The notes under the pieces were generated by a model. The model was not told the DNA's origin, made no database searches, and worked only from the letters and a program-made list of their open reading frames with translations. Positions 47,829 through 58,394 of a DNA stretch of 64,000 nt are shown in pieces. Made by a program: the position numbers and the translations under genes. The stretch is from contig JANHCV010000012.1 of the NCBI GenBank assembly GCA_025594325.1, positions 744,001 to 808,000 on the forward strand, given 5' to 3'. The DNA is from Blastocladiella emersonii ATCC 22665. Its lineage: Eukaryota > Fungi > Blastocladiomycota. Within the stretch, counting starts at the first letter, position 1. Each line of letters begins with the position of its first letter.

Positions 47829-48915
47829 TCACAATCCAAGCGCCGCGACCAGCTCGCGCACGGGTGCCAGGATCCGCGCGAGGTCGGGTTCGGCCACGGT
47901 CCACTTGACATCGCGCGTGTCCCTGCTCCGGTGCGGGATCGACACCAGCGACTTGTGCTTGCTGAGCGCATACCCCATCGATCGCTACCCGACACACACG
48001 CGCGTCAGTCAACGGCAACCCGCCCCGCCCCCACCACGATCCCAATCCGCTGCGTACCCGCCACCTCCTCTGATCCTCGAGCACCCGATAGAACGGGATC
48101 CGCGCCTCGATCCAGCTGCAGATGGCCGCGAACGCGAGCGTGCGGCCCGGCGTATCCTTGAGCGCCAGGCACGCGAGCTGCGGCATGGTCAGTGGCGGCC
48201 GCTCGTACGTGTTGCCCGTAGCGGGGTCGACGGCGGCCAAGTGCTTGGCGCTAAATAAGCCATGGGCGCCATGGGCTTGGCGCCGAACGGGTTTAGCTCG
48301 CGACTGCAGGTCCTGGGGCCGCGCGGATGGGGCGGGGCCGAGGGAACCAGCGGAGGTTGGCGTGGCCGCGGAGCGGGGTGGCGAAACCGCAAGTCCGGAC
48401 GCCGCGGTGCCCGAGCAGCTCCGACTCGAGTCCAATCTTGGGATCGCGGTCGAAACCCGCATCCGTTTGCGCGGGCGCGGCGACGGGGGCGGTGACGCAG
48501 GACGGGTCGGCGAAGGCGCAGCGCGCAGGGCGGTAACGCAAGGTTCCTCGCGGGAGAAACCACGAGCGTTATCGTAAGCAAGCGCAGGAGAGTCGGCTAC
48601 GAAAACAGCAGCGAACTTCTCCGCCGCAAGCCGGCTGCAGGTGTTGTGGAGCGACATGACCTGCTGTCGCAGCGCGTCGCTGCCCGAGTGCACCCGCAGG
48701 GCGGGAGTTTGTAGTGGGTGCGGCGGAGCTCCTGCTGGTTTCGAGGGCACGAAAGCTAGTTGCGAGAGACCTGCGGGCGGCGAGAAGCAGTCCGGGAGCA
48801 AGGGCGGCGACGGCGACCTGGGCGGCACGAGCGCGGGGTTGCCGCGGCCGTGGTCAACGCTCAGTGGTTGGCCGTTGGGTGCGGATGAAGTTGCAGCAAG
48901 TCCGTAATAGTTCAT
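47829..48915 (-). CDS. Divergent forkhead protein FH5, 2 exons, intact
   Basis: MNYYGLAATSSAPNGQPL start. Forkhead H1-H2 RPPLTMPQLACLAL..WIEARIPFYR. Intron 48057-47985. Exon 2 RSMGYALSKHKSLV..VKWTV. Confidence 0.85.
47930..48114 (+). repeat. 185-nt near-identical tract shared with 50612-50796 (FH5/FH7)
   Basis: 183/185 identity by eye, including the whole 73-nt intron. Confidence 0.9.
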
Positions 48916-49231
48916 GCGATGCGTTGGTTCTTTGAGTGCAGAGAGGAATCGGGCGCGACCATCGAAGCGAAGCAGCATCGTGCTGCGCCTCGGCAGCGAC
49001 TCGCACAAACAGACCACCATCAAGACGACGATCAGGGAGCAAAGGCAGAGCACCTCCTGTATCACACCGGCACACCAAGCCGGTCTCCGGCTAGCCGGGC
49101 GAGAGCAGTCGCCGGGTCACAGTACGACGCCGGACGCCCCCAGCGACAGTTATCTTCCTCGTTCGCACTCAAGCCGAGGCGAAGAGCAATGTTGATCTAC
49201 AACAGTGTACGCCGGGAAGCGGGATGCCCGA

Positions 49232-50291
49232 TCACAATCCAAGCGCCGCGCCCAGCTCGCGCACGGGGCCTAGGACCACGTCGCGGTCCACGTCCGCCAC
49301 GGTCCACTTGGTCTTGCGCGAGTGCGGGAGCTGCAGCGATCGGGCGACGAAATACTTGCGCCCCCGTGCAAAGCGCTACGTAGCGCGTCCTAGATCACCG
49401 GCGTACGTACATACGTGCGTTAGTCGAAGGCACCACCGCCGCCGCTGGCGCCCCCGCACAAGACGCACCTTCCACCCGCTCGGCCTCTCAACGAACCGAT
49501 AGAACGGGAACCGCGCCTGGACCCAGGCACAGATCTCGGCGCACGTGAGCGCGCGGTCCGGCGCGTGCTCGAGCGCGAGGCACGCGAGTTGTGGTATGGT
49601 CAGCGCCGGCCGCGCGTGCGTGGCGCCGGTTGCGGGGTCGACTGCTGTCACGACCTTGACTAACGCGGCCGTGCACGCGCGCAGGCGCGGCATGGCGCGG
49701 TGCGGGGTCGCGGCGGCGGCGGTGGCGGCGGTGGTACCGGCTTCGAGTTTGAGCTACCCCGTCTCCGCTTGAGCGGTCGCGGAGACGGGGGTGGTGGTGA
49801 TGAAGCGGAGCTGGCGCGGGGCGGCGGATCGGGCTCGCGCAGCGGAGTGTTGCAAGAAGCAGATGTGGAAGACGGACGGCGACGCGACGTCGGAAGACGA
49901 AGCTGACGCGATATTTAGGGCGCGAAATCTCGTCAGCTGGGCCGTGCCAATCAAGCGGAGAATCGTCTGCAGCAAGGAGAAAGTCGGCCTCGAGCGCGAG
50001 CTCGCGGGGGTCGTCGCCGTGCTCGTCCTCTCGCTCACTCGAGCGGGAGTGCGAGTATTCTCGCGAGACAGGAAGCTGATGCCGCGGCGACGTTTCTACG
50101 GGCTGCCAGTGCGCCGAAGTCACGCGCGCGAGACCTGCAGGCGGCGAGTTGCACTCGGGAAGCGGCTGAGACAGCGGCGGGGAAGGCGACGGTGGCGGCG
50201 CCGTCACGACGAGACCGCAATAGACGTGCAGGAATTCGCCGTTTGGCACCGACCAAGTTGCATCAAGTCCGAAGAAGTTCATTTGATCCAT
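49232..50291 (-). pseudogene. Forkhead FH6 with several frameshifts
   Basis: N-terminal module, linker (SSASSPPPPSPRPLKRRR) and FH core (RPALTIPQLACLAL..WVQARFPFYR) lie in different frames. Intron 49468-49390. Exon 2 DALRSALH is followed by a frameshift in a G5 run before RKYFV..TKWTV. Confidence 0.7.
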
Positions 50292-50513
50292 TGGGGGACA
50301 GCATCGCTCGTGGCCGGTGAGTCGAGAGAAAGAGAGCGCGGAGCGCGCTGCGCCACGATCACTTGGCCACGGACTCGCCGTCCAGCTAGCTCACCGACGT
50401 CTCCGCCGCCCATCAATCGCTCGTTGCTCGTTGCATCAGTTCCGCGAGCAAGAAGACCATGTTGTCAATGAAGCGCCTCTCTGAAACCTACGCCGTACGC
50501 CACACCGCGTCGG

Positions 50514-51645
50514 CTACGAGCGTGACGCGGCGTGCTCGCCAACAGGTCCCAGGATCCGCGCGAGGTCGGGTTCCGGGACGGTCCACCGCGTCTCGTGCGT
50601 GTTCTTGCTCGGGTGCGGGATCGACACCAGCGACTTGTGCTTGCTGAGCGCATACCCCATCGATCGCTACCCGACACACACGCGCGTCAGTCAACGGCAA
50701 CCCGTCCCGCCCCCACCACGATCCCAATCCGCTGCGTACCCGCCACCTCCTCTGATCCTCGAGCACCCGATAGAACGGGAACCGCGCCTCGATCCACCCG
50801 CACATCGCCGCGTGCGTGAGTGTGCGGTCCGGCGCGGCCTTGAGCGCCAGGCACGCGAGCTGCGGCATCGTCAGTGGCGGCCGCTCGTACGTGTTGCCCG
50901 TAGCGGGGTCGACGGCGGTCAAGTGCTTGGCGCCAAATAAGCCGTGGACTTGGCGCCGAACGGGTTCGAGGTTCTCCCGCGAGTGCTGCAGGTCATCATT
51001 GAGCCGCGCGGATGGAGCGGGGCGCGACGCGGTTGGGCGCAATGGCGAAGCGGCGCTGGCGGATGGAGCCGTGACCGGTGAGCGAGACGGCACGCTGGAT
51101 GTCGCGGCGTCTGAGGTCGAGGTTGATATCGCGGTCGACACCCGCCTCCGCTTGCGCGGGCGCAGGCACAGGCGCGGAGGCGACGGTGATGGCGCGGGAC
51201 TCGTTGGCGATGAGGCAGAGGCATCGCACTGAGGCGCGGCACGGGAGGCCTCCCCGCGGGCGAGATTGCGAGCTTCATCGCAAGCAACCTCAGGCGGATC
51301 GTGCGCGAGATCAGTAACCGACTTCTCCGCCGGAGGCCGACATCCGCGGGTGTCGGCGCGCGGCGAAGGCGGCCGCCACTCAGGCCGCCACTGTGTGTTG
51401 CCGCTCGAGTAAACTTGCGAGTGCGGAAGCTGGAGCCGCGGCGGGGGTCCCAAAGGTTCCGGGTGCGCGGAAGGTGGGAGGTGTGAGAGACCCGCGGGTG
51501 GCGAGTCGCAGTCCGGGAGCAGCTGCGGCGAACAGTGCGGCGACGAAGGCGGCGCGATGTCGCCGTGGCCATGGCCGCGGTCGAAGCTCAGCGGTTGGCC
51601 GTTTGGCAATGACGAAGTTGCAGCAGGTCTAGTATAGTAGTTCAT
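50514..51645 (-). CDS. Divergent forkhead protein FH7, 2 exons, intact
   Basis: MNYYTRPAATSSLPNGQPL start, FH core, intron 50739-50667, exon 2 RSMGYALSKHKSLV..TRWTV. Confidence 0.85.
50612..50796 (+). repeat. 185-nt near-identical tract shared with 47930-48114
   Basis: Two mismatches in 185 nt. Confidence 0.9.
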
Positions 51646-51874
51646 GCGATCCGTTGGTTCTGCTTTCAGCTGAGAGTGAAGAGCGGCGCGGGCGCCCGTA
51701 GACAGGGCAGTCGCGTGCTGCGCCACTTCGCCCGCGACCAGGCCTACGACAAGGCCTACGACTCTGCCTCACGTTCGAGACGACCATGGAGCAAATCGAG
51801 CATCTTTATTCATCCATCCATCCAAGTCGACCCTCACCACGAGGGCCCCTCCATCCATCTTCCCCTTTCCACTC

Positions 51875-54046
51875 TTACAGCTTACTCTTCCCGACCTCAA
51901 CAGGGTTCCGCTGTCCCTTGAGCAGGGGGCGGATATGCTCGGCGTACCCCTTAGCGACGCCCTTACCCGCCATGCCCTGGTTGACGGGGTCCGCGAGAAT
52001 CCGCTCCATGATCGCCTCGTACACCTTGCCGTCAGCGCGGCCGAGCGTCGAGTCGAGCTCGTAGTCCGAGTACCCCCACGCCTCGACGAGGGCGACCGCC
52101 TCCTTCATCATATCCTGGAGCGCCGTGCGCTGCGCGGTGCGGAGATGGCGGACCTGGGTCTGCGTGAGGTACCCGTCCTCGGTGAAGTCGCCGAGGCACT
52201 TGAGGATCTCGGACAGCGCGAACACGTCCGACACGAGCTTGAGGACCGGGTACAGGGCGAGGGTGGTGGTGGCCTTGAGGACGCGGTTGAGGCGGGCGTG
52301 GAACGAGGTGACCAGAATGAACTGCGAGTGCGCGACCGAGACGCGCGCGCACTCGACGTTGAGGTCGGCAAAGGGGACGCCGTCGTGCGAGATCTGGTGG
52401 GCGAGCTCGCCCGCGAGCCGCGCCGCGCGGTGCGCGAACGCCGCGCGCTGGACCGCCGGGTTGAACCAGTCGGCGGGCGAGTTCACGCCCGTGCACGCGC
52501 CCTTGACGCTGCCGCCGCCGACCACCAGGTCCAGGTACCCGACCATCGGGTGCAGCGGCTCGGCCTGGGTCTGGTGCTTGTGCAGCTGCTTGAGGAGGAA
52601 CCGCGCTGTCTGCTGGGTGAGCAGCTGGTTCTCACCCTCGTAGGTCACCGAGGGGGCGTAGTTGACGAGGAGGTAGGGGAGACCCGACGACATGAGGAAC
52701 CCGTGCCCACCGCACGCGCGGCGCAGCTCCTCGATCCCATCGAGGGCGAGCCCCGTGCAGTACGACTTGAGGGCCGACGAGTTGGCGTGGATCGCGGGGA
52801 GCGTCGACACGTCAAACGACTCGAGGCGGCGCAGCATGTCCTGGTACATGCCCTCGAGCTCCATGGCGGCGAACAGGATCGCGTACGTCTCGGCGACGCG
52901 CGGGAACATGCGGGCCTGGACCATCGGGTACATGATGACGGGCGTCTCCTCGGCCGACGACAGACCCGACTGCTGCTTGATCGAGTTGACGACCGTGAAC
53001 TGGCGGCGCACCGCCGCGTACCGGACGGCGATGGTCGAGGCGCGCGCGAGCGTCTGCGCGGCGATGCGCAGCAGACCGACGCGCACGGCGACCATGCCCG
53101 AGTACCCGAGCTTGGCGTGCGGCGGCTTGACGTAGTCGCCCTTGGCCGTCACCTGGGCGAAGCGCATCAGCATGTTGGTGCGCGGGATGCGGACGCGGTC
53201 GAACATGACGAAGCCGCTACACGTTGGGGCGCGGGAGTCAGTTTACGTCCCGTGGAGGAAAGAAGAAGAGCAGGCGCACTTGTCGATCATGTTGAAGCCA
53301 AACTTGGGCCCGATATCGCCGACGCGGACGCCGGGGAGCGGCGTGTGGTCGTCGAGGGAGCGGACGGGGACGAGGAACGGGTGGACGCCGTAGTCCTTGC
53401 TGTGGAGGATGAGCTTGGCCTGGACGATGGTGTGGGTGGACATGACACCGAGCGACCCGATCCAGCACTTGGCGGCGGTGATGTCGGGCGAGTGGATGAC
53501 AAACTCGTCGGCGGCCGGGTCGTAGGTCGCCGTCGTCTCGAGGCCCGAGAGGTTGGACCCGTGCGCAATCTCGGTCTGCGCATACGACCCGATCCACTGG
53601 TACGACTCGGCGAGCGGGAGCCACACCTTGGCCTGCTCGGGACTCGCCTGGGTGCGGAGCACGGGCAGGAACATGCCCTCGTGCAGCGACGTCGGGATGT
53701 ACTCGTCGACGAGCCCGCGCACGGTCCACATGTCGGCGTCCGTGAGCCCGTGCGCGTCGCGCAGCTCGACGATGCGGCGCGCCATGGCCAGCGCGCGCTT
53801 GAGCCGGTCCTCGCGCGAGCCCTCGAACCGGTCGTCCTTGCGGAACACGGGGTCCGACTCGATGATGCGCAGCAGCTCCTTCTTGCGCGCGATGGCCGCC
53901 GCGTCGCCGTGGATCAGCTCGCCCAGCTGGGAACCCGAGAAGCTGGCGAGGGAGCGCGCCGTCTGCAGGTCGAGCACCGTCTGCGCGCGCGTCGAGCCGG
54001 GCGCGGCCGGCGGGATGGTGAAGTTGGTGTTGTTGGTCGATGACAT
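51875..54046 (-). CDS. POX1: Peroxisomal acyl-CoA oxidase, 2 exons
   Basis: YAQTEIAHGSNLSGLETTATYD, DNGFVMFDRVRIP across intron 53279-53217, catalytic TYEGEN, C-terminal PTS1 SKL. Confidence 0.95.
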
Positions 54047-54708
54047 GGTTCGTTGCGTCGAGTGCAAGGGTGCGAGGAGAGGGCAGGGGGGTGCGCCGGG
54101 TACTTGTAGTAGCAGCGCGAAGCTAAAGTTGGCGGAGCGCGAGCGCAGCGAACGTGCAGATGCCAGCGGCGAGGGATCACGCGGGACGAGCGAATTCGCG
54201 TGGCCCGCGGGTCGGGCGGCATGATTTCGGGCCGAGGATGCCGAGCCGGCGGAGGCGACGCGTCGCGGATGGGCGTGATGTCACGCTGGCGTGACCGCGC
54301 CGCATCAGGTGACCGGGAGCCGCGATTGGGCGGAGCAGACGCAGGATGAGCGAGCGTGAGTCAGCGTGACGCGGCGGCGACGCGAACGCGCGTCTTGCAT
54401 GAAGGACGCGTTGGGCGGAGCGCCACTCGGGCGGCCGCCGCCCCAGAAGCAGAAGGTTCGCCGCCGTGCCGCGCCGCGCCCTGCGCAGCAACGGTCCCGA
54501 CCTTGCCCGTCTCGCACCTGCAGGGCCTTGGTCAGGGTGACTCGCGCCGCGCGCGCCGTGGGCCCCAGTCGTGATTGATCGGCAGCAGCGAGCACTCTAT
54601 TCACGCCCGCCTACTTAAGCCCAGCGGTCCCCGCCCTCATCTCGTTGCTGCTCCTCATCCTCTGCTACGAGACCAACAACCAACCAACCAACCACCACCA
54701 CCATCACC

Positions 54709-55491
54709 ATGCTCGCCAACAACCAGACCACCGGCGCCGCTGCTGCCCCGACGACGGACGCGCCGCTCGCGCGCCGCGAGTCGACGGTCGACGTGTCGAC
54801 GGCGACGCTCAAGCCGCGCACGGTCCTGGTCGCGCTCGACCACTCGCTGCACTCGAGCTACGCGGCGGCGTGGGCCAAGGACAACCTGCTGAACCCGGCG
54901 ACGGACCTGGTCGTGCTCGTCAACGTGCGTCCGATCGCGGTCGGGCACGCGTCCTTCTACGAGGACATGGGCCAGCTGGTGCGCGACGTCGAGGAGGAGA
55001 ACCGCGCCAGCTCGCACAAGCTGCTGCAGCACTACGGCTACGACCTCAAGCGGCTCGGGTTCCAGGTGCGCGCCATCTCGATCCGCGGCGACACGCGGTC
55101 CGACGTGGTGCGCAAGGCGCAGGAGCTCAACGCCACGGTCGTCGTGTGCGGGTCGCGCGGCCTCGGCACGCTGCAGCGCGCCTTCCTCGGCTCCGTGTCC
55201 AACTACATTGTCAACCACTGCTCGTGCCCGGTCCTCGTCATCCGCCCGCCCGCCGACTCGGACCTCGTCCAGGACAACCGCGGGTCGGCGCGTGCCCCCG
55301 TCACCGAGTCCCACGAGACGGCCATGCTGCCCGTCGACCAGGAGTCGGCGCCCTCGACCCCGCTCGCCGAGCCGTCCGAGGCCGCCACCATGGCCGCCGC
55401 CAAGCAGGCCGCCCTCGCCACGGCCGCCGCCCACGACGCGGCCGCGCAGCACAAGCCGGCGCCCGAGCAGGCCCACGCCATGGAGGTCTAA
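54709..55491 (+). CDS. Universal stress protein (UspA domain) with Ala-rich tail
   Basis: VLVALDHSLHSSYAAAWA..VVCGSRGLGTLQRAFLGSVSNYIVNHCSCPVLVIR. Confidence 0.9.
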   Translation: MLANNQTTGAAAAPTTDAPLARRESTVDVSTATLKPRTVLVALDHSLHSSYAAAWAKDNLLNPATDLVVLVNVRPIAVGHASFYEDMGQLVRDVEEENRASSHKLLQHYGYDLKRLGFQVRAISIRGDTRSDVVRKAQELNATVVVCGSRGLGTLQRAFLGSVSNYIVNHCSCPVLVIRPPADSDLVQDNRGSARAPVTESHETAMLPVDQESAPSTPLAEPSEAATMAAAKQAALATAAAHDAAAQHKPAPEQAHAMEV

Positions 55492-55726
55492 GTGTGCTTG
55501 AGGAGAGTCGTGTCTCATGATCATTGTAAATAATACGGGCCGGCGCGAAATATCACCCCTATTTTCCTAGTGTCACCTGTCCCTCACCTGATCGATTGTC
55601 GTTTTGACCTCACGCGAGTCGTTGGTCGCTGCCCGCCACTCTGTTGAACTTTCCTCCCTCCCTCCCCTCCTCTCCGATCCGATCCCACCACGCACGCGGC
55701 TCCGCTCTGCCTGCAACGCATCCGCC

Positions 55727-58235
55727 ATGACCTGCGCGCTGCAGCTCTCGGCCAAGGACGTGGCCTACGGGCCGCTCGTCCTCGCCTACCTCGCCAACAA
55801 GCAGGCCGCTGGCGCCGTCAAGGTCACGGTCGCTGAGGACCTGCCCGTCGCTGCCCAGCTCACCTCGCACATGTACTACTGTCCCTCGATCGCTCCCATG
55901 ACCCGCCCTAACCAACCGGCAAAACAGGGGCCTCAAGTTCACCAAGCCCGCGGGCGTGATGCGGTACCTGTGCCGCACGTTCCTGGCCGACCTCTACGAG
56001 ACGCACTTCGGGGTCGCGAGCCCGGACAAGGCGACGACCATCGACAGCTTCCTCGCCGACACCGTGCCCGCGTCGGGCGACCTGCCCGCGCTGCGCGCGT
56101 ACCTCGACCGGCTCAACGCGTTCCTGGCGCTGCGCTCGTACATGGTCGGGTTCCACGCGACGCTGGCCGACTTCCACGTGTGGTCGCAGCTGCGCGGGAC
56201 GCCCGCGTTCCTGGCCATGGTCAAGTCGGGTGCCGCGGCTTCCGGGTACCCGTTCGTGCTGCGGTGGTTCCGCACCATCGACGAGCAGCCGGGCGTGACC
56301 GAGGCGGTCGCGCACTTCACCGAGCAGGTGAACGCGCTCAACAAGCAGAAAAAGGACCAGGGGTCGTTCGACATCCACCTGCCCGGCGCCGAGATGGGGC
56401 AGGTCGTCACCCGGTTCCCGCCCGAGCCGTCGGGCTACCTGCACATCGGCCACGCCAAGGCCGCGCTGCTCAACGAGTATTTCGCGCGCAAGTACAACGG
56501 CAAGCTGATTGTGCGGTTCGACGACACCAACCCGGACAAGGAGAAGCAGGAGTTCGAGGACACGATCCTCGAGGACCTGCTGCTGCTCGGGATCAAGCCC
56601 GACCTCGTCACCCACACGTCCGACCACTTCCCCCTCTGCCTGCAGCTCGCCGAGAAGATGATCCGCGAGGGCAACGCGTACGTCGACGACACCGACCAGG
56701 AGACGATGCGCCACGAGCGCATGCACGGGATCGCGTCCAAGTGCCGCGACAACTCGGTCGCCGAGAACCTGCGCCGGTGGACGGCCATGCAGCAGGGCAC
56801 CGACGAGGGCCTGCGCAACTGCGTGCGCGCCAAGCTGTCGGTCGACGACAAGAACAAGGCCCTGCGCGACCCCGTTCTGTACCGGACCAACCTCACCCCG
56901 CACCACAAGGTCGGCACCACCTACAAGGTGTACCCGACGTACGACTTCGCGTGCCCGATCGTCGACGCCGCCGAGGGCGTCACCCACGCGCTCCGCGCCA
57001 ACGAGTACCGCGACCGCAACCCGCAGTACGAGTGGATGCTCGAGAAGATGGCGCTGCGCAAGGTGCACATCTGGGACTTCTCGCGCATGAACTTTGTCTA
57101 CACGCTCCTCTCGAAGCGCAAGCTCCAGTGGTTCGTCGACCAGGGCCACGTCGGCGGGTGGGACGACCCGCGGTTCCCGACGGTCCGCGGGATCCGCCGC
57201 CGCGGCATGACCATCGACGCGCTCAAGCAGTACATCCTCATGCAGGGCGCCTCCACCAACACCATCCTCCTCGAGTGGGACAAGTTCTGGGCCGTCAACA
57301 AGAAGGTCATCGACCCCGTCGCCCCGCGCCACGTCGCCCTCGACGCCGCCGGGCTCGTCCCCGTCGCTCTGACCGGCGACGGCGTCCCCGCCAAGCTCGA
57401 GACCAAGCCCCTGCCCAAGCACAAGAAGAACGCCGACGTCGGCACCAAGCAGACGGCGTTCGCCAAGCACCTCGTCCTCGCCGCCGCCGACGCGCAGGCG
57501 ATCGCCGACGGCGAGGAGGTCACGCTCATGGACTGGGGCAACGCCATCTGCACCCGCGTCCACCGCGACGCCGACTCGGGCACCGTCACCCGCATCGACG
57601 CGACGCTCAACCTCGCCGGCGACGTCAAGGCGACCAAGAAGAAGCTCACGTGGCTCGTGGACCCGGCCAAGTACCCCGCCACCGCCGCCCAGGTCACGCT
57701 CATAGACTACGACTACCTCATCACCAAGAAGAAGCTTGAGGAGGACGACGACTACACGTCGGTCCTGACCCCCGTCACCGAGTTCGCCACGCACGCCGTG
57801 GGTGACACGAATCTCGCGCAGCTCAAGGCCGGCGACATCATCCAGCTCGAGCGCCGCGGGTACTTTATCTGCGACGCCGTCGACGGCAAGAAGAAGGCCG
57901 TCACCCTGATCGCGATCCCCGACGGCAAGGCCGCGTCGCTCGCGTCCAAGCACGGCGTCGCTGCTGCTGCCGCCGCCGCCGCGAAGCTCGCCGCGACCAA
58001 GGCGGCGCCCGCCAAGAAGTCGGCGGCGCCCGCGCCCGTCCGCGCCGCGTCGCCCACGCGCGCTGCCGTGCCCAACGGTCCCGCGAGCCCCAAAAAGAAC
58101 AAGAAGAAGGCGGCGAATCAGCAGGACGAGCCCATCATGTACCCGATCAAGTCCGTGTACGGCACCGACGGGTTCCCGTTCGACACGGCCGTGTTCGACA
58201 TCATGTACCCGGTCAAGAACCCGTACCACGCGTGA
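55727..58235 (+). CDS. GUS1: Cytosolic glutamyl-tRNA synthetase with GST-like N-domain, 2 exons
   Basis: Intron 55873-55927. VVTRFPPEPSGYLHIGHAK (HIGH), LLSKRKL (KMSKS equivalent), WDDPRFPTVRG. Confidence 0.95.
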
Positions 58236-58394
58236 ACGGGGGTCCGAGATTGATCAATACACTCGCTCGCAGTCAGTTTTTGTCATGTATGGATCAAACG
58301 CGTCTATTCAGGATCAGGTTCAGGATCAGGTTCAGAGCAACCCATGGGGCACGGAATCGAAAGGCACAATCAAAACGAGCGCGTCCGCGCCGCG

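Noticed and set aside
45261-51645. CRISPR-like or prokaryotic system reading of the periodic array
   Set aside because: The repeat units are intron-containing protein genes of about 1.35 kb. There are no short repeat-spacer units and no cas or operon features.
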